A stretch of DNA of 64,000 bases from Malacoraja senta. Lineage: Eukaryota. A model generated the notes under the pieces. That model was not told the origin of the DNA, did not search any database, and saw only the letters and a program-made list of their open reading frames with translations. The stretch is taken from assembly GCA_038087875.1 (NCBI GenBank), contig CM075978.1:56482001-56546000 (forward strand), read 5' to 3'. Below are positions 48,615 to 60,780 of this stretch, piece after piece. How positions within the stretch are numbered: position 1 is the first letter of the stretch; each line of letters starts with the position of its first letter. A program made the position numbers and the translations under genes.

Positions 48615-50147
48615 GGTAGAGGTTGGTGTTTGTGGTCACTAACTCTCACTGGGGCTCCCTGATATTGAAGGAAACCCCCTCCCTCCCAATGTCCCAACTG
48701 TCTATATGGAGGTCTGAGACTGATGCCTCACTGATGTTGCCTGACCCGATGAGTACTTCATGAATGTTCTATTTGTAAGGTCCAAAATGTGCCAGAATGT
48801 GCAGACAGAATGTGTGTGCCTTTTTTGTCTTTTCCGCCATAGGAAAACCAGACCTCTTTTTTTAAGTAGGATTAAAAACATTTAAAATTTGTTTGTCTCC
48901 ATTTCAGTCAACACCAAGTATCAGGACAATGAAAATTTGCTTTGAACAGAATGAAATACGGTGACAATGGTGAGTATGAATAAAGTGAAGACAATGACTG
49001 AAGTGACAGCCCAGCACACATCCACACATGCGTGATGAGAAAGCTCCTGCCTCATCTCATTCTGTTAGTGCTCCTAGTGAGAGCTCTCCACCTTCACCAT
49101 ACTCACGTCAAGGGGCCAGTGTGCAGGGTAATTCAGTGGATCACTCCTGCTCCTCGAACGCGGTACCTTCCTTAGTTGGACCCCCTCTCCTCACCTGTGG
49201 GATGATATTACAAGCACTCCACTACCTCCACCCGGTTCCAAACCACAATGGCAGCACAATTCCCACGGACATCTTTGGATCCTGATTCCCACATTCCAAC
49301 TGGTTTACTGACTGACACCCTACAAGCTGTACAGATGGGAATGCACTGACCTCAGCCTGAGGATGCTCAGTGTCAATCGACAGGAGGAGTTCGGAGATCG
49401 CTCAGATGTTCTCTCCGACCTTTAACAACAGTTGAGGATCAATCAACATTGCAGACCACGATAAAGATAACAGGGGATCAGGAAGCCACTTTTAATTCAG
49501 ATCTGCATGCATTCTTTGACCTGTTGTAGCCCTCGAAACATTAATAAACCCTCATTAATACATCTGTAAGAGTTGGAAGCCAGTTTTGTTACATCAACTT
49601 TGGGGATTTCTTCAGCTTTAAATATCCTGTGGTAATCATAAAAACAGTATTATAGGTCTGACCCGAGAAAGGTGAAAGTGCTTTCTTTCTCAAACCAGGC
49701 TTGGTAAAGGTGCCAACTCAGGAGTTCATTGAACCACAAAATTCTATGTGGATGTCTTGTTCTAGCAAGATGCTTCTGCGAATGGCTGATTATGGACTAA
49801 AGCTGCAAAACCCAATGTCAAAGTTAAAAAATTGTAAATAAAATAAACATTTCTGGTTTATATCAAGGTGACATGATCCCCGAAAAAGTGCAAGACAATC
49901 TTGATTTAAATCATACTTTTTAAAATTAAATATAGATCAGTGGAATACATTTCTTGCAAAGAAATATATTCTAAAAGTTGCAATTTTTGCAACAATTCCA
50001 GATTAAGAAGAATTTGTCTTTATAAACACTGATTCATAATTCCTATAGACAGAATATTCATCGGTAAAGATCATCTGTTCATGTGAATTCTGAGAACATA
50101 TTTCAAAATGATTCAACAAGTTTCAAAACCCAAATGCTTAATAACCT

Positions 50148-50360
50148 GGAGACATAAGGAATTACAGAAGATAGACACAAAATTACTCCAGCATTTTGTA
50201 TCTATCTTTGGTTTAAACCAGCATCTGCAGTTCCTTCCTACACATGAGGAATTACAGATGCTGGTTTACAAAAAAAGACACTTTGTGCTAGAGTAACTCA
50301 GCGAGTCAGGCAGCATCTCTGGACAACACAGATAGGTGATGTTTCGGGTCAGGACCCGAA
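50148..50360. mobile_element. Two nested Penelope-terminus copies
   Basis: A pLTR interrupted by a collapsed foldback; duplicated cat(a/g)aggaattacaga at ~50154 and ~50243. Confidence 0.6.
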
Positions 50361-50903
50361 CTTCATGATTGAACTATGTCCTGCTGGGGTGTATGAAAGA
50401 AACCCCCAGGAAACTGGTGTCAACCTGTCTCCAGAGGAAGGAGGAACTATGACAACCATGGACCATAGTGCCAACCCACACATGACTGGAAATTCTGTCC
50501 ATGAAGGAACATGTTAAAGGCAGTGAGAAACACAGGGCTGCAATAACCAGGATTCAGTGCTGTGAGATGAGTAAACCAGTGATCAATAAAATCCTCCAAC
50601 TGACCACTGCACACTTTGAGGTACACTTGGAGGTTTATCAAGGATTGAAACATCTGATTTGGTCTTTAGTGTTAATAAATAATGCTATTGTACAAAACTG
50701 CTTGTGTAGGTGTCAGCTGCTTTATCTACAGCTTGACCTTCTCCTGCACAACTGGTATTATATAATAATCTGTGTAGGCACTGTCCAGGGGACTGTTCAA
50801 CTCTAGTTTTCTGCACTCAAACCAAAAGACAGGTGCAATGTTTTTAAAATTAAACATAATTTCCAACCTATTCCTCTTACGTTCCAGCATCTCCCTAGTC
50901 GCT

Positions 50904-51988
50904 TCAGGTGCTGTTTACTATCTCTCCCAGAGTGGAGGTCTCAGCTCCAATGATACCACTTTCTTGTTCTTGTTGCATGAAGTCCTCCAAGGGAGAGCTA
51001 GGGGAGCAGGGAGGGGTGCTCAGCTCGGCTAGCTCAGGAGGCTCTTCCTCTGATGTCTGCAGCCTCTGCAGGTCCAGGATGCTGTTGATGGCGCTCTGCA
51101 GGTGCTGATTCAACGCGCTGTCCTGGGGACTGTCGCTGGAGAAGCTGCCGTTCTCCTCCGACTCAGACCTACGCCGCTTGGGCCGAGGGAGAGACAACTC
51201 CCAGGGCAGGTGGCAGATGGAGTCCACCTCCATCAGACCCCGCGCGATGGTGTCCTCCACCTCGTTGCTTGTGCGGTCGCCCCACCTCCCTCCTGGCCGA
51301 CCCCTGGTTCTGTACGGCAAGCTGCTGCCTGCATTCCTGCTGTCGGAGGTCATGTGCCGAGCTCCAGTGCCCAGTGGGCAGCAGCTAAGACTGACCTTCT
51401 GGTCGTCTCCAAGTCTACTTGCAGCACTGTCCTGTGGCAGGTATGTTCTGGTTGGATCAGGTACCAGAATGGGGCTGCAACAACAAGGGCGATTCATTTT
51501 GCCTTTCGCAAGGTGGAGCCTTTGTTTCGACAGGTCCCTGGTGCCCAAACGTTCCAGCAGCCGTCTCTCAGCCAGGGACGGGCCGGTGCAATTGCAAACT
51601 CTGTTGCTGTGATTGAAGGAGCTTGGAGTACAGCCTCTGGTACCTAAGAGCTGCTTGACTGGACTTACAGGTAGATGGTCAAATTCTGTGTTATGGACAA
51701 CCTGGTTGTAACCCGCCTCCTGCTTTATCTTCAGCTTGAGTCCACTTCTGCTTCTGACTGTGTAGATTTTCGGAGGGCTGGGGGGGCTGGAGACAACGGG
51801 ATCTTCTCCAGCCGGCGAGGCTCTCACACCAGCGTCCAAGGGCCAGCTCCTGGCCTGCCTGATATCCAGCTCGGGGGCTGCGAGCTGCTTTGTACTTTGA
51901 ATAAGCATATTGGGAGCAACAAGAAGACAAGCAGAGGTTGGTGGAGAGTTATCGATGTCTGGTTGGAGAACCGATGAAATATATGCAT
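50904..51988 (-). CDS. BICRA: BICRA/GLTSCR1-family protein, last coding exon (orthology to BICRA vs a further paralogue unresolved)
   Basis: Acceptor tttttag at 51989-51990, TGA at 50904-50906; motifs GLKLKIKQEAG..VVHNT, KRRRSES and SFSSDSPQDSALNQHLQSAINSILDLQ match the BICRA C-terminus; phase agrees with the upstream exon. Confidence 0.88.
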
Positions 51989-52624
51989 CTAAAAATAAAT
52001 GAAACAAACATTCTCAACACTAATATCGAATTAGGAGCAGCAGTGAGTCATCAAACCTTTCGACTCAGCTCAAATATTAATCCTTAACCTCAACTACTCT
52101 CCTTTCTATCACTACTTGCTCTCAATCATATCAAGAACTTTGTCAATCTCAGCCTTGGATGATTGGGAATCTATGATTCTCTGGCTTGAGAAATGCACAG
52201 ATTTACAATTCTCTGCATCAGTTTCTCCTCAACTCAGTCGAAAACCTCAGAACAAGATCCTTGAAGAGGACTGAGACTGAAAGAGATGCATTGTGCCCTT
52301 AGAACAGGCAAACATATGCTATATCATTCTTCGATTCTAATGACTGACGGGAAGGACTTTGGATCTTCCTACTTCAATAGCCAGCAAAAAGAGGAGTGGA
52401 ATGGTCCTGTGAGCGAGGATAATGTCCAAGGTTTTCGGGAGAAGGGGATTGAGGCCGACGGGATTGCTCTGCTGGCAGCCAGTGTGGGCACAATGGGTGG
52501 AGTTAACGGCCGGTGTCACAATCATGATGCTGGCAGGGTTTGGCTTTGAGCTCCCTCTACTCTGCTGGAGAAATACTCCAAGAGTGGAATTCATTGCGTG
52601 AGAACCGTCCTCATTTCAGTCTTA

Positions 52625-52992
52625 GGTTTGTCTGCTAAGTTTCAGGTTAGTTTACTGTCACCTGCAGCGAGGTACAGTGAAAAGCTTCAGAAAGACAAGA
52701 TATGATTACAATTGAGCCATTCACAGTGCATAGATACATGACAAGGGAGTAACGTTTAGTGCAAGGTTAAGCCAGCAAAGTCTGATCAAGGATAGTCCAA
52801 GGGTCACCCATGAGGAAGATAGTAGTTCAGTACTACTCTCCAGTTGTGGTAGGATGATTCAGTTGCCTGATAACAGCTGGGAAGAAACTGTCCCTAAATC
52901 TGGAGGTGTGTGTTTTCACACTTCGATACCTTTTGCCTGATGGGCGAGGGGAGAAGAGGGAGTGGCCAGGGTGCGATTCGTCCTTGATTATG
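52625..52992 (-). mobile_element. Rex1/Babar LINE 3' fragment
   Basis: IIKDESHPGHSLFSPRPSGKRYRSVKTHTSRFRDSFFP. Confidence 0.85.
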
Positions 52993-53834
52993 TTAATTGT
53001 GTAAAAAGATCCCACTCCTAACTTGCTTGCAACTAATTACCAGGGTAGGGTCCCAGCCCACAGTCACTCACCTTCAGAGCTGAACGGCCCAAGTGTCTGC
53101 ACGGCTCCTCATCACATTGAGCTCTCACACCTTACAGTGCACCACTGTTTGAGTGTGCCTCTCTGGCGGCTGAGAAGGGGCTCCAAGTAGTACATTGGAA
53201 ACTGTTTTACAACTTTCTATTTGCCTTCAAAGGAAGTCTGGACAAGAGTGGCAGCTTTGGCTCAGTAGGAATCACTCGAGTCAATTGATTTTTTAGTTGG
53301 CTCAAGTCCCCCTGTGGAGATCTCGTTGGTTCTCCAGAGGGAGTGCTGCATTGTAGGAACTGGAGTCACCTGGAATGTAGCTAACCTGAGGTCCACCTGC
53401 TCACCTCAATGGCACAGAGATAAAGAGTGCAGAGGCTGGAGGTCACTTTGTGTCTGGAAAACATTTGTCCTTCAACCAGTATCACTACAATAGGTTATTG
53501 CCATCTATGGGACCCTGCTATGTAAAATTGGCCAATATCTCTGCTGACTTCAACTGGACAGGAAAGTGGCCGATGATGCCCAACGGTTGGGAGGAGTGTT
53601 TTTTAGAGGTAATTCCCACAATTTTTAATACTACCGCATATCTGTAACAAATATCCAAAAATATAGCACTAGATTGCTTTGATTTTTATGACTCAACCTA
53701 TAATTGCTAGGTTATAGGTTGTCAGTCATAAAAATGTAAAAAGATTTGACTTGAATTACTGCCCAGCCGTGGGCATATGAACGTCCACACCTCCGAAGTT
53801 TGCTAATGTTAAAGTATTGAAAGAGCTGTCTCAC

Positions 53835-53937
53835 CGGGACTGTCCCTGGCCAGTTGTCTTGCTTCCAGGAAAGCCACCTTTTCTTCCTGAATGAACATCC
53901 GATTGATCATCACCATCTCAGCGGAGGATTTTGTCCT
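53835..53937 (-). CDS. BICRA: BICRA-family penultimate coding exon (GLTSCR1 domain)
   Basis: 103 nt, acceptor tttcag and donor gtgaga; RTKSSAEMVMINRMFIQEEKVAFLEARQLARDSP(D), cf. BICRA SAEMVMIDRMFIQEEK. Confidence 0.93.
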
Positions 53938-54834
53938 CTGAAAAACAGAGAAAATTAAGCAGTGAGCACCAGGACCAATGGTTTACCAAGATTGGAGCAG
54001 GAGAAGGCCCTTCAGCCCCTCAAGTGTGCTTCACCATTCAATCTGATCACATGTTGTCTGCACCTTGCCTTTGGTTGAAAATACCAGGGACTTTCAAAAT
54101 ATATCAAGTTCATTGCAGACTCAAGAACTGCAGATACTAGAAATTTAAGCAAAATACCTCAATGGCTTCTGGAATACATCAAGGGCTTAGGCAGCATCTG
54201 TGGAGGGAATGGATAATTCACTCAAACCTGTTCCAGTTTTTAGGCCAATTTACAAGCTTTATACTTTGCTAACACGTTTATTGATAGGTACAGTCAGACC
54301 ATTCATCCTGTTTTTTTTCCTCACATACACTATGTACCCATTCTTTAAAAGTTAACCGCAGCTGGCTTACTGGCGTGCCTTTAATGTACTTTACTAACTA
54401 TCATAAGGGGAAAGGGAGTGGGATAGTGGAGGAAATGGGTGCAAATCCAAGTGGGACACAGGGATTGGTTAGTTACCAAAAATTGGAGAATTCAATGATC
54501 ATTGCGTTGTCAAGTGTAATACGAGATGCTGTTCCTTCAGCTTGTGTTTGGCCTCACTCTGATGATGGAGACGGCCCAGGACAGAAATGGGAATGGGAAG
54601 GGGAGTTAAAATGGTTAGCAACCGGGAGATCCAGCAGGTCTTGGCAGATCGAGCATAAGTATTCAGCAAAACGGTCGCCCAGTCTACGCTTGGTCTCGTG
54701 GTTGCAGGGGTAAGTACCTGGAGAGGGGGTGGTTTGGGTGAGAAGAGATGAGTGAACCAAGGCGTGCAGAGGGAGTGGTCTCTGAAGAAGGCAGAAAAGG
54801 GTGGGGATGGGAAGATGTGGCTGGTGGTGGGATC

Positions 54835-55140
54835 ACTTTAGACTTTAGAGATGCCAAGTGTAAACAGGCCCTTCGGCCCACTGAGTCCATGCCAACTAGT
54901 GATCACCTCATACATTAGCATTATCCTACACACTAGGGGCAATCTTCTATTTTACAGAAGTCAATTAACCTATAAACACATCTTTGGAATGTTGGGGAAA
55001 ACAGAAGCACACGGAGTAATCCACGCGGTCACATGGAGAATGTATAAACTCCATACAGAGAGCACCCGTAGTGAGAATCGAACCCAGGTCTCTGGCACTT
55101 AAAGGCAGCAACAATACTGCTGTTCCACTATGCCACCCTA
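54835..55140 (-). mobile_element. HE1-like SINE
   Basis: actttagactttagagat...aaacaggcccttcggccca...gaatcgaacccaggtctctggcac...ccactatgccacc. Confidence 0.85.
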
Positions 55141-55500
55141 GTTGAAGGTGGTAGAAATGTTGAAGAATGATGTGTTGGATGCTGAGGCTGGAGGGTTGAA
55201 AGGAAAGGACTAAGGCAATCCTATCCTTGTTCTGTCTTGGGGTAGGGGGCGTATGGGTAGAACTGTGGGAGCCATCTACAACAGCAGGCGGGAAACCACG
55301 TTTACTAACGAAAGAGAACATCTCGGATGTCCTAGAGTGGAAAGCCTCATCTTGGGAGCTGATGCAACGGAGATGGAGAAATTGAGAGGGGATGGTGACT
55401 TTGGAAGAGGCATGGTGAGAGGAGGTGTAGTCCAGATAGCTGTAGGTCAGTGGGTTTATAGTAGACATCAGTTGATAGTTTGTCTCCTGTGTTGGTGACA

Positions 55501-56412
55501 AGTCAAGTCAAGTTAAGTCAATTTTTATTCGTCGCTTGCACATAAAGTGCAAGTGAAATGAATTTGCCAGCAGCGGTACAATAAAAAAAGAACACACAAT
55601 ACACAATAAAAATTTAACACAAACATCCACCACAGCATTCATCACTGTGGTGGAAGGCACAAACTTCAGCCAGTCCTCCTCCATTTTCCCCCGTGGTCGG
55701 GACCTCAACCCTCCGCAGTCGCCGTTGCGGGCGTCCAGATGTTCAGACAAGGTAAGTCCAGAATCGGTGCTTCCCCACCGGAGACTGCGGCTTCAAGATG
55801 GTGTAGGCCGCAGGGCGGCGGTCGAAGATTTAAAGTCCCCGCCGCGCCGCAGCCAGAAGCACCGCAGACTGCAGGTCCGGTGGTCGGAGCTCCCCTCCAG
55901 GGATCCCCGGCGAGGGACCACGCTCCGGATGGTAAGTCCCCGCCGCGCCCGCGGTAGAAGTAGGCCATGGGCCGGCAGTCGGAGCTCTTCTCCTCCGGAG
56001 TCCCCAACGAAGGATCGCAGGCTCCAGACGCCGCCAGCTGGAGCTCCGCAGACCGCGTCTTCAGGCTGCCGCGGGCCAGGGAACGGAGCGCTCCCCTCCG
56101 GCGGCCCCCGACAAGGGCTCACCCGCTCCGCGACGAGAGTCCGCGCTGCGCCCGCAGCTGAAGCCCCGGGCACGTCTCCTAGAAAGGCCGCACCGATCCT
56201 CGATGTTAGGCCACGGGGAGGCGACATGGAAAAAGTTGCCTCTCCGTGGAGGAGGCGACCAAAACGGTTTCTCCCTTACCCCCACACACTGCCCCCCACA
56301 CAAGACACACAGAGAGACATTAAAAACATACATTAAGACACACTAAAAAAACAAAAGAAGTAGAAAAACAAACACGCTGCTGGCAGGGCTGCCGGTTCGC
56401 AGCGCCCCCACC
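55501..56412 (-). mobile_element. GC-rich non-autonomous retroelement with a Rex-type 3' tail
   Basis: Minus-strand 3' end atttcacttgcactttatgtgcaagcgacgaataaa...(acttg)n; interrupts a PLE RT sequence; 4-bp flanking repeat gaca. Confidence 0.7.
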
Positions 56413-57149
56413 GACAACTGATCAAGAAAGGGGAGAGCGGTATCAGAGGTAGTCCAAGTGAATTTGAGGACAGTGTGTATGTTAGTGGTAACGTTTATGA
56501 AGTTCTGCAGGGTAGCAGGAGGCCGCTCCAGTGCAGTCATCGATAGAGTGGAGAAAGAGTTGGAGGATGGTGCCAGTGTACGTTCAGAACAAGGACTGTT
56601 CGATGTAACCTACAAAAAGTCAGGCCCAACTGGGGCCCATGGCTTCATCTTTAACTTGATGAAAGTGAGAGGAATCAAAATAGAAATTGTTGAGGGTGAG
56701 GACAAGTACTGCCAGGCAGAGGAGAGTGTTAGTAGATGGGAACTAATTGGGTCTCTGTTCAAGAAAGTACTGGAGGGCCTTGAGACTTTCCTAGTGGGAA
56801 ATGGAGAGATAAAGGTGGTGGACATTCACGGAAAGATGGGTCAATCGGACCTAGGAATTGAAGGTTATTGAAGTGTTGAAGAGCGTGTGACATGTCTTGG
56901 ATGTAGGTTGGACAAAGGGCAGATAAGATAGCATCAAGGTATTTAGAGCTGTACATTTGGGGATTGGGGGGTGGGTGGGTGGGTGGCGGTGGCAGGAGCA
57001 GGCAGAAACAATGGGTCTGGCAGGGCAGTCTTGTTTGTGGATTTTGCGAAGGAGATAGAAGTGGGCAGTGTGGGGCTGGGGAACATTAAGGTTAGTGGCT
57101 GTGGTAGGCAGCCTGGTGTTTATCTCTGGAGTCTGCAGATGTTGTCTAT

Positions 57150-58130
57150 GTGAACATCAGCAAGGCTTTTGACAAGGTTCCGCATGTTGGCTGCTCTTGA
57201 AGGTTAGATCACATGGGATCCAAGGAGAGCTAGCCAATTGGAGAGCGAATTGGCATCATGGAAGGAAGCAGAGGGTGATGGTGGAAGGTTGTTTTTCAGA
57301 CTGGAGGTCTATGACTAGTGATGTGCCTCAGGGATCGGTGCTGGGCCCATTGTTATCTGTGGTTTTTATAACAACGATTTGGATGAGAACAAAGAAGGCA
57401 TGATTAGAAAGTTTGCAGATGACACTAAAGTGGGTGTTATCATAGATAGTGAAAATGATTATCAAAAATTATAGCAGGATCTTGATCAGTTGGTTAAGTC
57501 AAGTCAATTTTATTTCTATAGCACATTTAAAAACAACTCTCGTTGACCAAAGTGCGTTACATTAGTGCATGTACTAACGTGCTACAAAGTGGTACATAGA
57601 TCAACAATACATACATAAATACATACATACAGCGCTCCCTCAGAGTGGGAGTGAAGTGGACTGATTCGGTCTAAGGGTCCGAACCTGAAACAGCACACAT
57701 CCATGTTCTTCAGGGATGCTGCCTAACCCACAGAGTTACTCCAGCACTTTGTGTCTTTTTTTGTAAACAGGATGGTCAAGAAGGCTTTCAGTACATTGGC
57801 CTTCATCAGTCAAGGCATTGAATATAGAGGTTGGGATGTTATGTTACAGTTGTACAAGACATTGTGAGGCCGTATTCAAAGTATTGTGTTCAGTTTTAAT
57901 CACCCTGCTATAGGAAGGTTGTTCTTATGTTCTTAAGCTGGAAAAAGTGCAGAGAAGATTTACGAGGATGCTGCCAGGACTTGAGGGCCTAAGGAATAGG
58001 GAGAGGTTGGGCAGACTAGGACTTTATTCCTTGCAGTACAGGATGATGAAGGGTGATCTTACAGAGGTGTATAAGACCATGAGGGGAATAGATAGGGTTA
58101 ATTCACAGAGTCTTTTCCCCTGCGTAGAGG
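57150..58130 (+). mobile_element. Degenerate CR1 RT fragment containing an L2 tail (57497-57645, minus) and a pLTR (57660-57770)
   Basis: SHGIQGELANW...VPQGSVLGP; QRRFTRMLPGLEGL; the L2 tail is of the same type as 28075-28221. Confidence 0.8.
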
Positions 58131-58844
58131 AATAAAAAAGATTCTATCTTTACATCAGCGATAAATATTGAATAAATATAAAGGAGGAAAAAGTGCAGGT
58201 CCACAATAAAAAGGGAAAGGAGGTCTGTGTTCAGAATGAGAGGTAATCTCATTGGAAACGTGTAGAATTGCTCTGGTTTGACAGAGTGGATGTTGAGCCT
58301 GTTCTCACCCGTCATGGGTCATGATCTGGGCATATTTGTGCAGGATAACCGACTGACCTTTCATCAGAGAGATAAGAAGAGTTGTCTTCACTAAGAGGGT
58401 TGGAGCTCCGTGTCCGGGAGGACAGCGGACTCGATACAGAACTGAGATGGGCAGATATTGGGCACTCTGAGTGTTGTGGTGAAGGTCAGGTCAAAAACTA
58501 TTTTCGATCTTAGGAAATCTGCACAAAAAGGATCTATGGCCTACACCTGATCCTATTCATTGATGTTCTACGCCAGGATAGCTCAAGTCTGCTTTGTACC
58601 TTTTAAGCCCTGATATTATTTGGTGCACTCAGAAGATAAGTGCTGTTACTGTAGTGTTCCTGGGCTTAAGGAGGGCAAAGAGAAATGGCCATCCTTCTTC
58701 TCCATCACCCACAGCTGGAGACTATTAATACTGAGTAAGGGTATGGGATCCATTGACCTCTGTTCCAAGGAAAGAACCCCTATGGTTGAGCTACATTTGT
58801 TTTTTGATCTCTGAAGATCATTTAAAATATCTTGAAGACCTTAC

Positions 58845-58939
58845 CCTGGACTCTTCGAAGAGCAGCATACGATATTTGTTCTGCATGGCCTGGGTCTGCT
58901 TGAGGAGATTTGTCGACACAACCTGAAACTCTTCATCCA
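58845..58939 (-). CDS. BICRA: BICRA-family coding exon (GLTSCR1 domain)
   Basis: 95 nt, acceptor ccgcag and donor gtaagg; (V)DEEFQVVSTNLLKQTQAMQNKYRMLLFEESR, cf. BICRA VDEEFETVSTQLLKRTQAMLNKYRLLLLEESR; the upstream exon was not found in the window. Confidence 0.93.
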
Positions 58940-59827
58940 CTGCGGGCAGAAAGATCCAGAAGAACCGTAAGAATACTACGAAGCGAACGATAACGTGAAG
59001 TTTACATCTTGTAACCTAACATTCAATTACAAAATACTGGAGGTTATTTCATTCATTCATTCAAAAGCTTTCATCTGCAGGGCTGTACAAGGAGCACCAT
59101 CAAGGCCAGGTTCCCATTACTGGAATATGTGTACACTCTTTCTTTTCACAGAGAGTGGACTCAGATAGGAACACACAAAAGGACTATAGTGCTGATGAAA
59201 TTCCAGAAGGAAACCCCATATCTATATGATGGTCTTTAGCCCATGAAGGAGTTCAGGGAAAAGTTTTTTTGCTCAGACAATGGTTACAATATGGAACTTA
59301 CATTCACAAGAAGTTAGTAGTTGAATTATAAAGATATGCTTCAAGGAAAGCTGCAAAAATATTTGAGGGAGAAAATAAAATTGTTCCATTTGGGTATGAA
59401 ATTACATACAATTACAACCAGACCTGGCTATGGTCACTCCAAACCTACCCCAATCCAACCAGGGTCAATCTGAGCCAGATCTAACCAGGGCCAATCCAAA
59501 TTTGATCTGATGTGACCAGGTCTAATCTAAACCCAACCCAATCATAGCCAATTCAAACCTAAACACAGAAAATGTGGAAATACTCAGGTAGTCAGGCTGC
59601 CTCTGTGACTAGAGAAAGAGCGCTAACGTTTCAGGTCATCGTCCTGACCGTCTAAATCTGACTCAACCACATCCAATCCAAATTTGATCCAACCAGGGCA
59701 CATCTGAATCCAACACAAACAATTCAAATCCCAGCCTAAACCTACGCGGACCAATCCAGACTCAGCTGCTGCCATTCTGAATGGTGTCCGATCCCCAGCC
59801 CAACACAGCCACTCTGACATGGTACGA

Positions 59828-60030
59828 AAAAAGACACAAGGGCTGGAGTAACTTAGCAGGTCAGGAAACAACCCCTGGAGAACATGGATATGCGATGTTT
59901 CGGGTGGGGATCTTTCTTCAATCCAGATCCCCAATTTCACCTATCCATGTTCTCCAGAGATGCTGCCTGATCCGCTGAGTTACTCCAGCATATTTGTGTC
60001 TATAACAGCGTCTGCAGTTCCTTGTTCCTA
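59828..60030. mobile_element. Penelope-terminus foldback (long arm on the right)
   Basis: gctggagtaacttagc...ctggagaacatggata and tatccatgttctccag...gctgagttactccagc...tctgcagttcc. Confidence 0.7.
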
Positions 60031-60129
60031 CTTCTGACATGGCACAACTTTACCAAAGTCAATCTGTAACTGATCACGCTGGACCCAGTGCCAGTCCAAA
60101 CCTAACCTAAAGCTCCTGTGATGTAGTGG

Positions 60130-60780
60130 AAGGATAGGTCAGATAAATGCATGGTTAAACGAGGTGCAGGGAGTGTGGGCTTTAGGTTCCTGCATTATTT
60201 GGACCATTTCTGGGGAAGATGGGACCTGTATAAAAAGGACATGTTGAACCAACATCCTAGCAGGGAGGTTTGCTGCTGGTGTAGGGGGAGGTTTAAACTG
60301 TTGGGAGAGGAATGTGGCTCAGAATCGATGTTTAGATAGAGTGGTGTAATTACCTTGATGAGAAAAGGTCATTAGGTCCAGTAGGCTGAGCAGAAGGATA
60401 AATGTACTCGAGAAAAATACAAAGCAAAATTGCATCTAGTATAATGCAGGGAGTCAATTTAGTATGATCGCTTACCTCAGAGCCTTAATTAACATGGGGA
60501 CTACATTATTGTTGCCATTACTGAAAGACAAGCGGGACTGGCATCTCAGTATCCTGGGGTACAGAACTTTCATCTGATGCAGGGGTGCAGTAAACGAGAA
60601 GATGATGCTGCATTGCTCATTAAGGAGTGCATTACTTCACATTGAGGGAGGGGATCCTTGAAGGATCCTCAAATGAGGCCATATGGGTAAAGATTAGGAA
60701 CAAAAAGTACGTCATCACTGTGGAGATGTAGTACAGACTATCTGCACACAACGGGAGCGAGGAGACAGATATGTAGGAGC
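60130..60780 (+). mobile_element. CR1 5' region remnant (ORF1 esterase-like C-terminus and ORF2 endonuclease start)
   Basis: GFRFLHYLDHFWGRWDLYKKD; downstream degenerate YNAGS, VAITE, EAIWVKIRNKK. Confidence 0.7.

Larger units (their letters stand above)
54440..57110 (-). mobile_element. Degenerate Penelope-like element, interrupted by a SINE (54835-55140) and a GC-rich retroelement (55501-56412)
   Basis: Peptides ETKRRLGDRFAEYL...LPVANHFNSPSHSH (GIY-YIG), YSYLDYTSSH...SQFLHLRCISS, LKFTWTTSDTALPFLD (RT). Confidence 0.85.

Noticed and set aside
49470-49500. Possible ATTAAA poly(A) signal for the BICRA-like gene (tttaat on the plus strand near 49491)
   Set aside because: Such hexamers are common in AT-rich DNA and cannot be assigned without transcript data
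50908-51977. Plus-strand ORFs overlapping the last BICRA-family exon
   Set aside because: Antisense shadows of a real coding exon
55647-56336. 229-aa and overlapping ORFs in the GC-rich element
   Set aside because: Open in several frames on both strands because of high GC; no recognisable motif
59420-59810. Degenerate ccaatcc/aacc-rich repeats
   Set aside because: Low-complexity intronic sequence with no consistent period or structure
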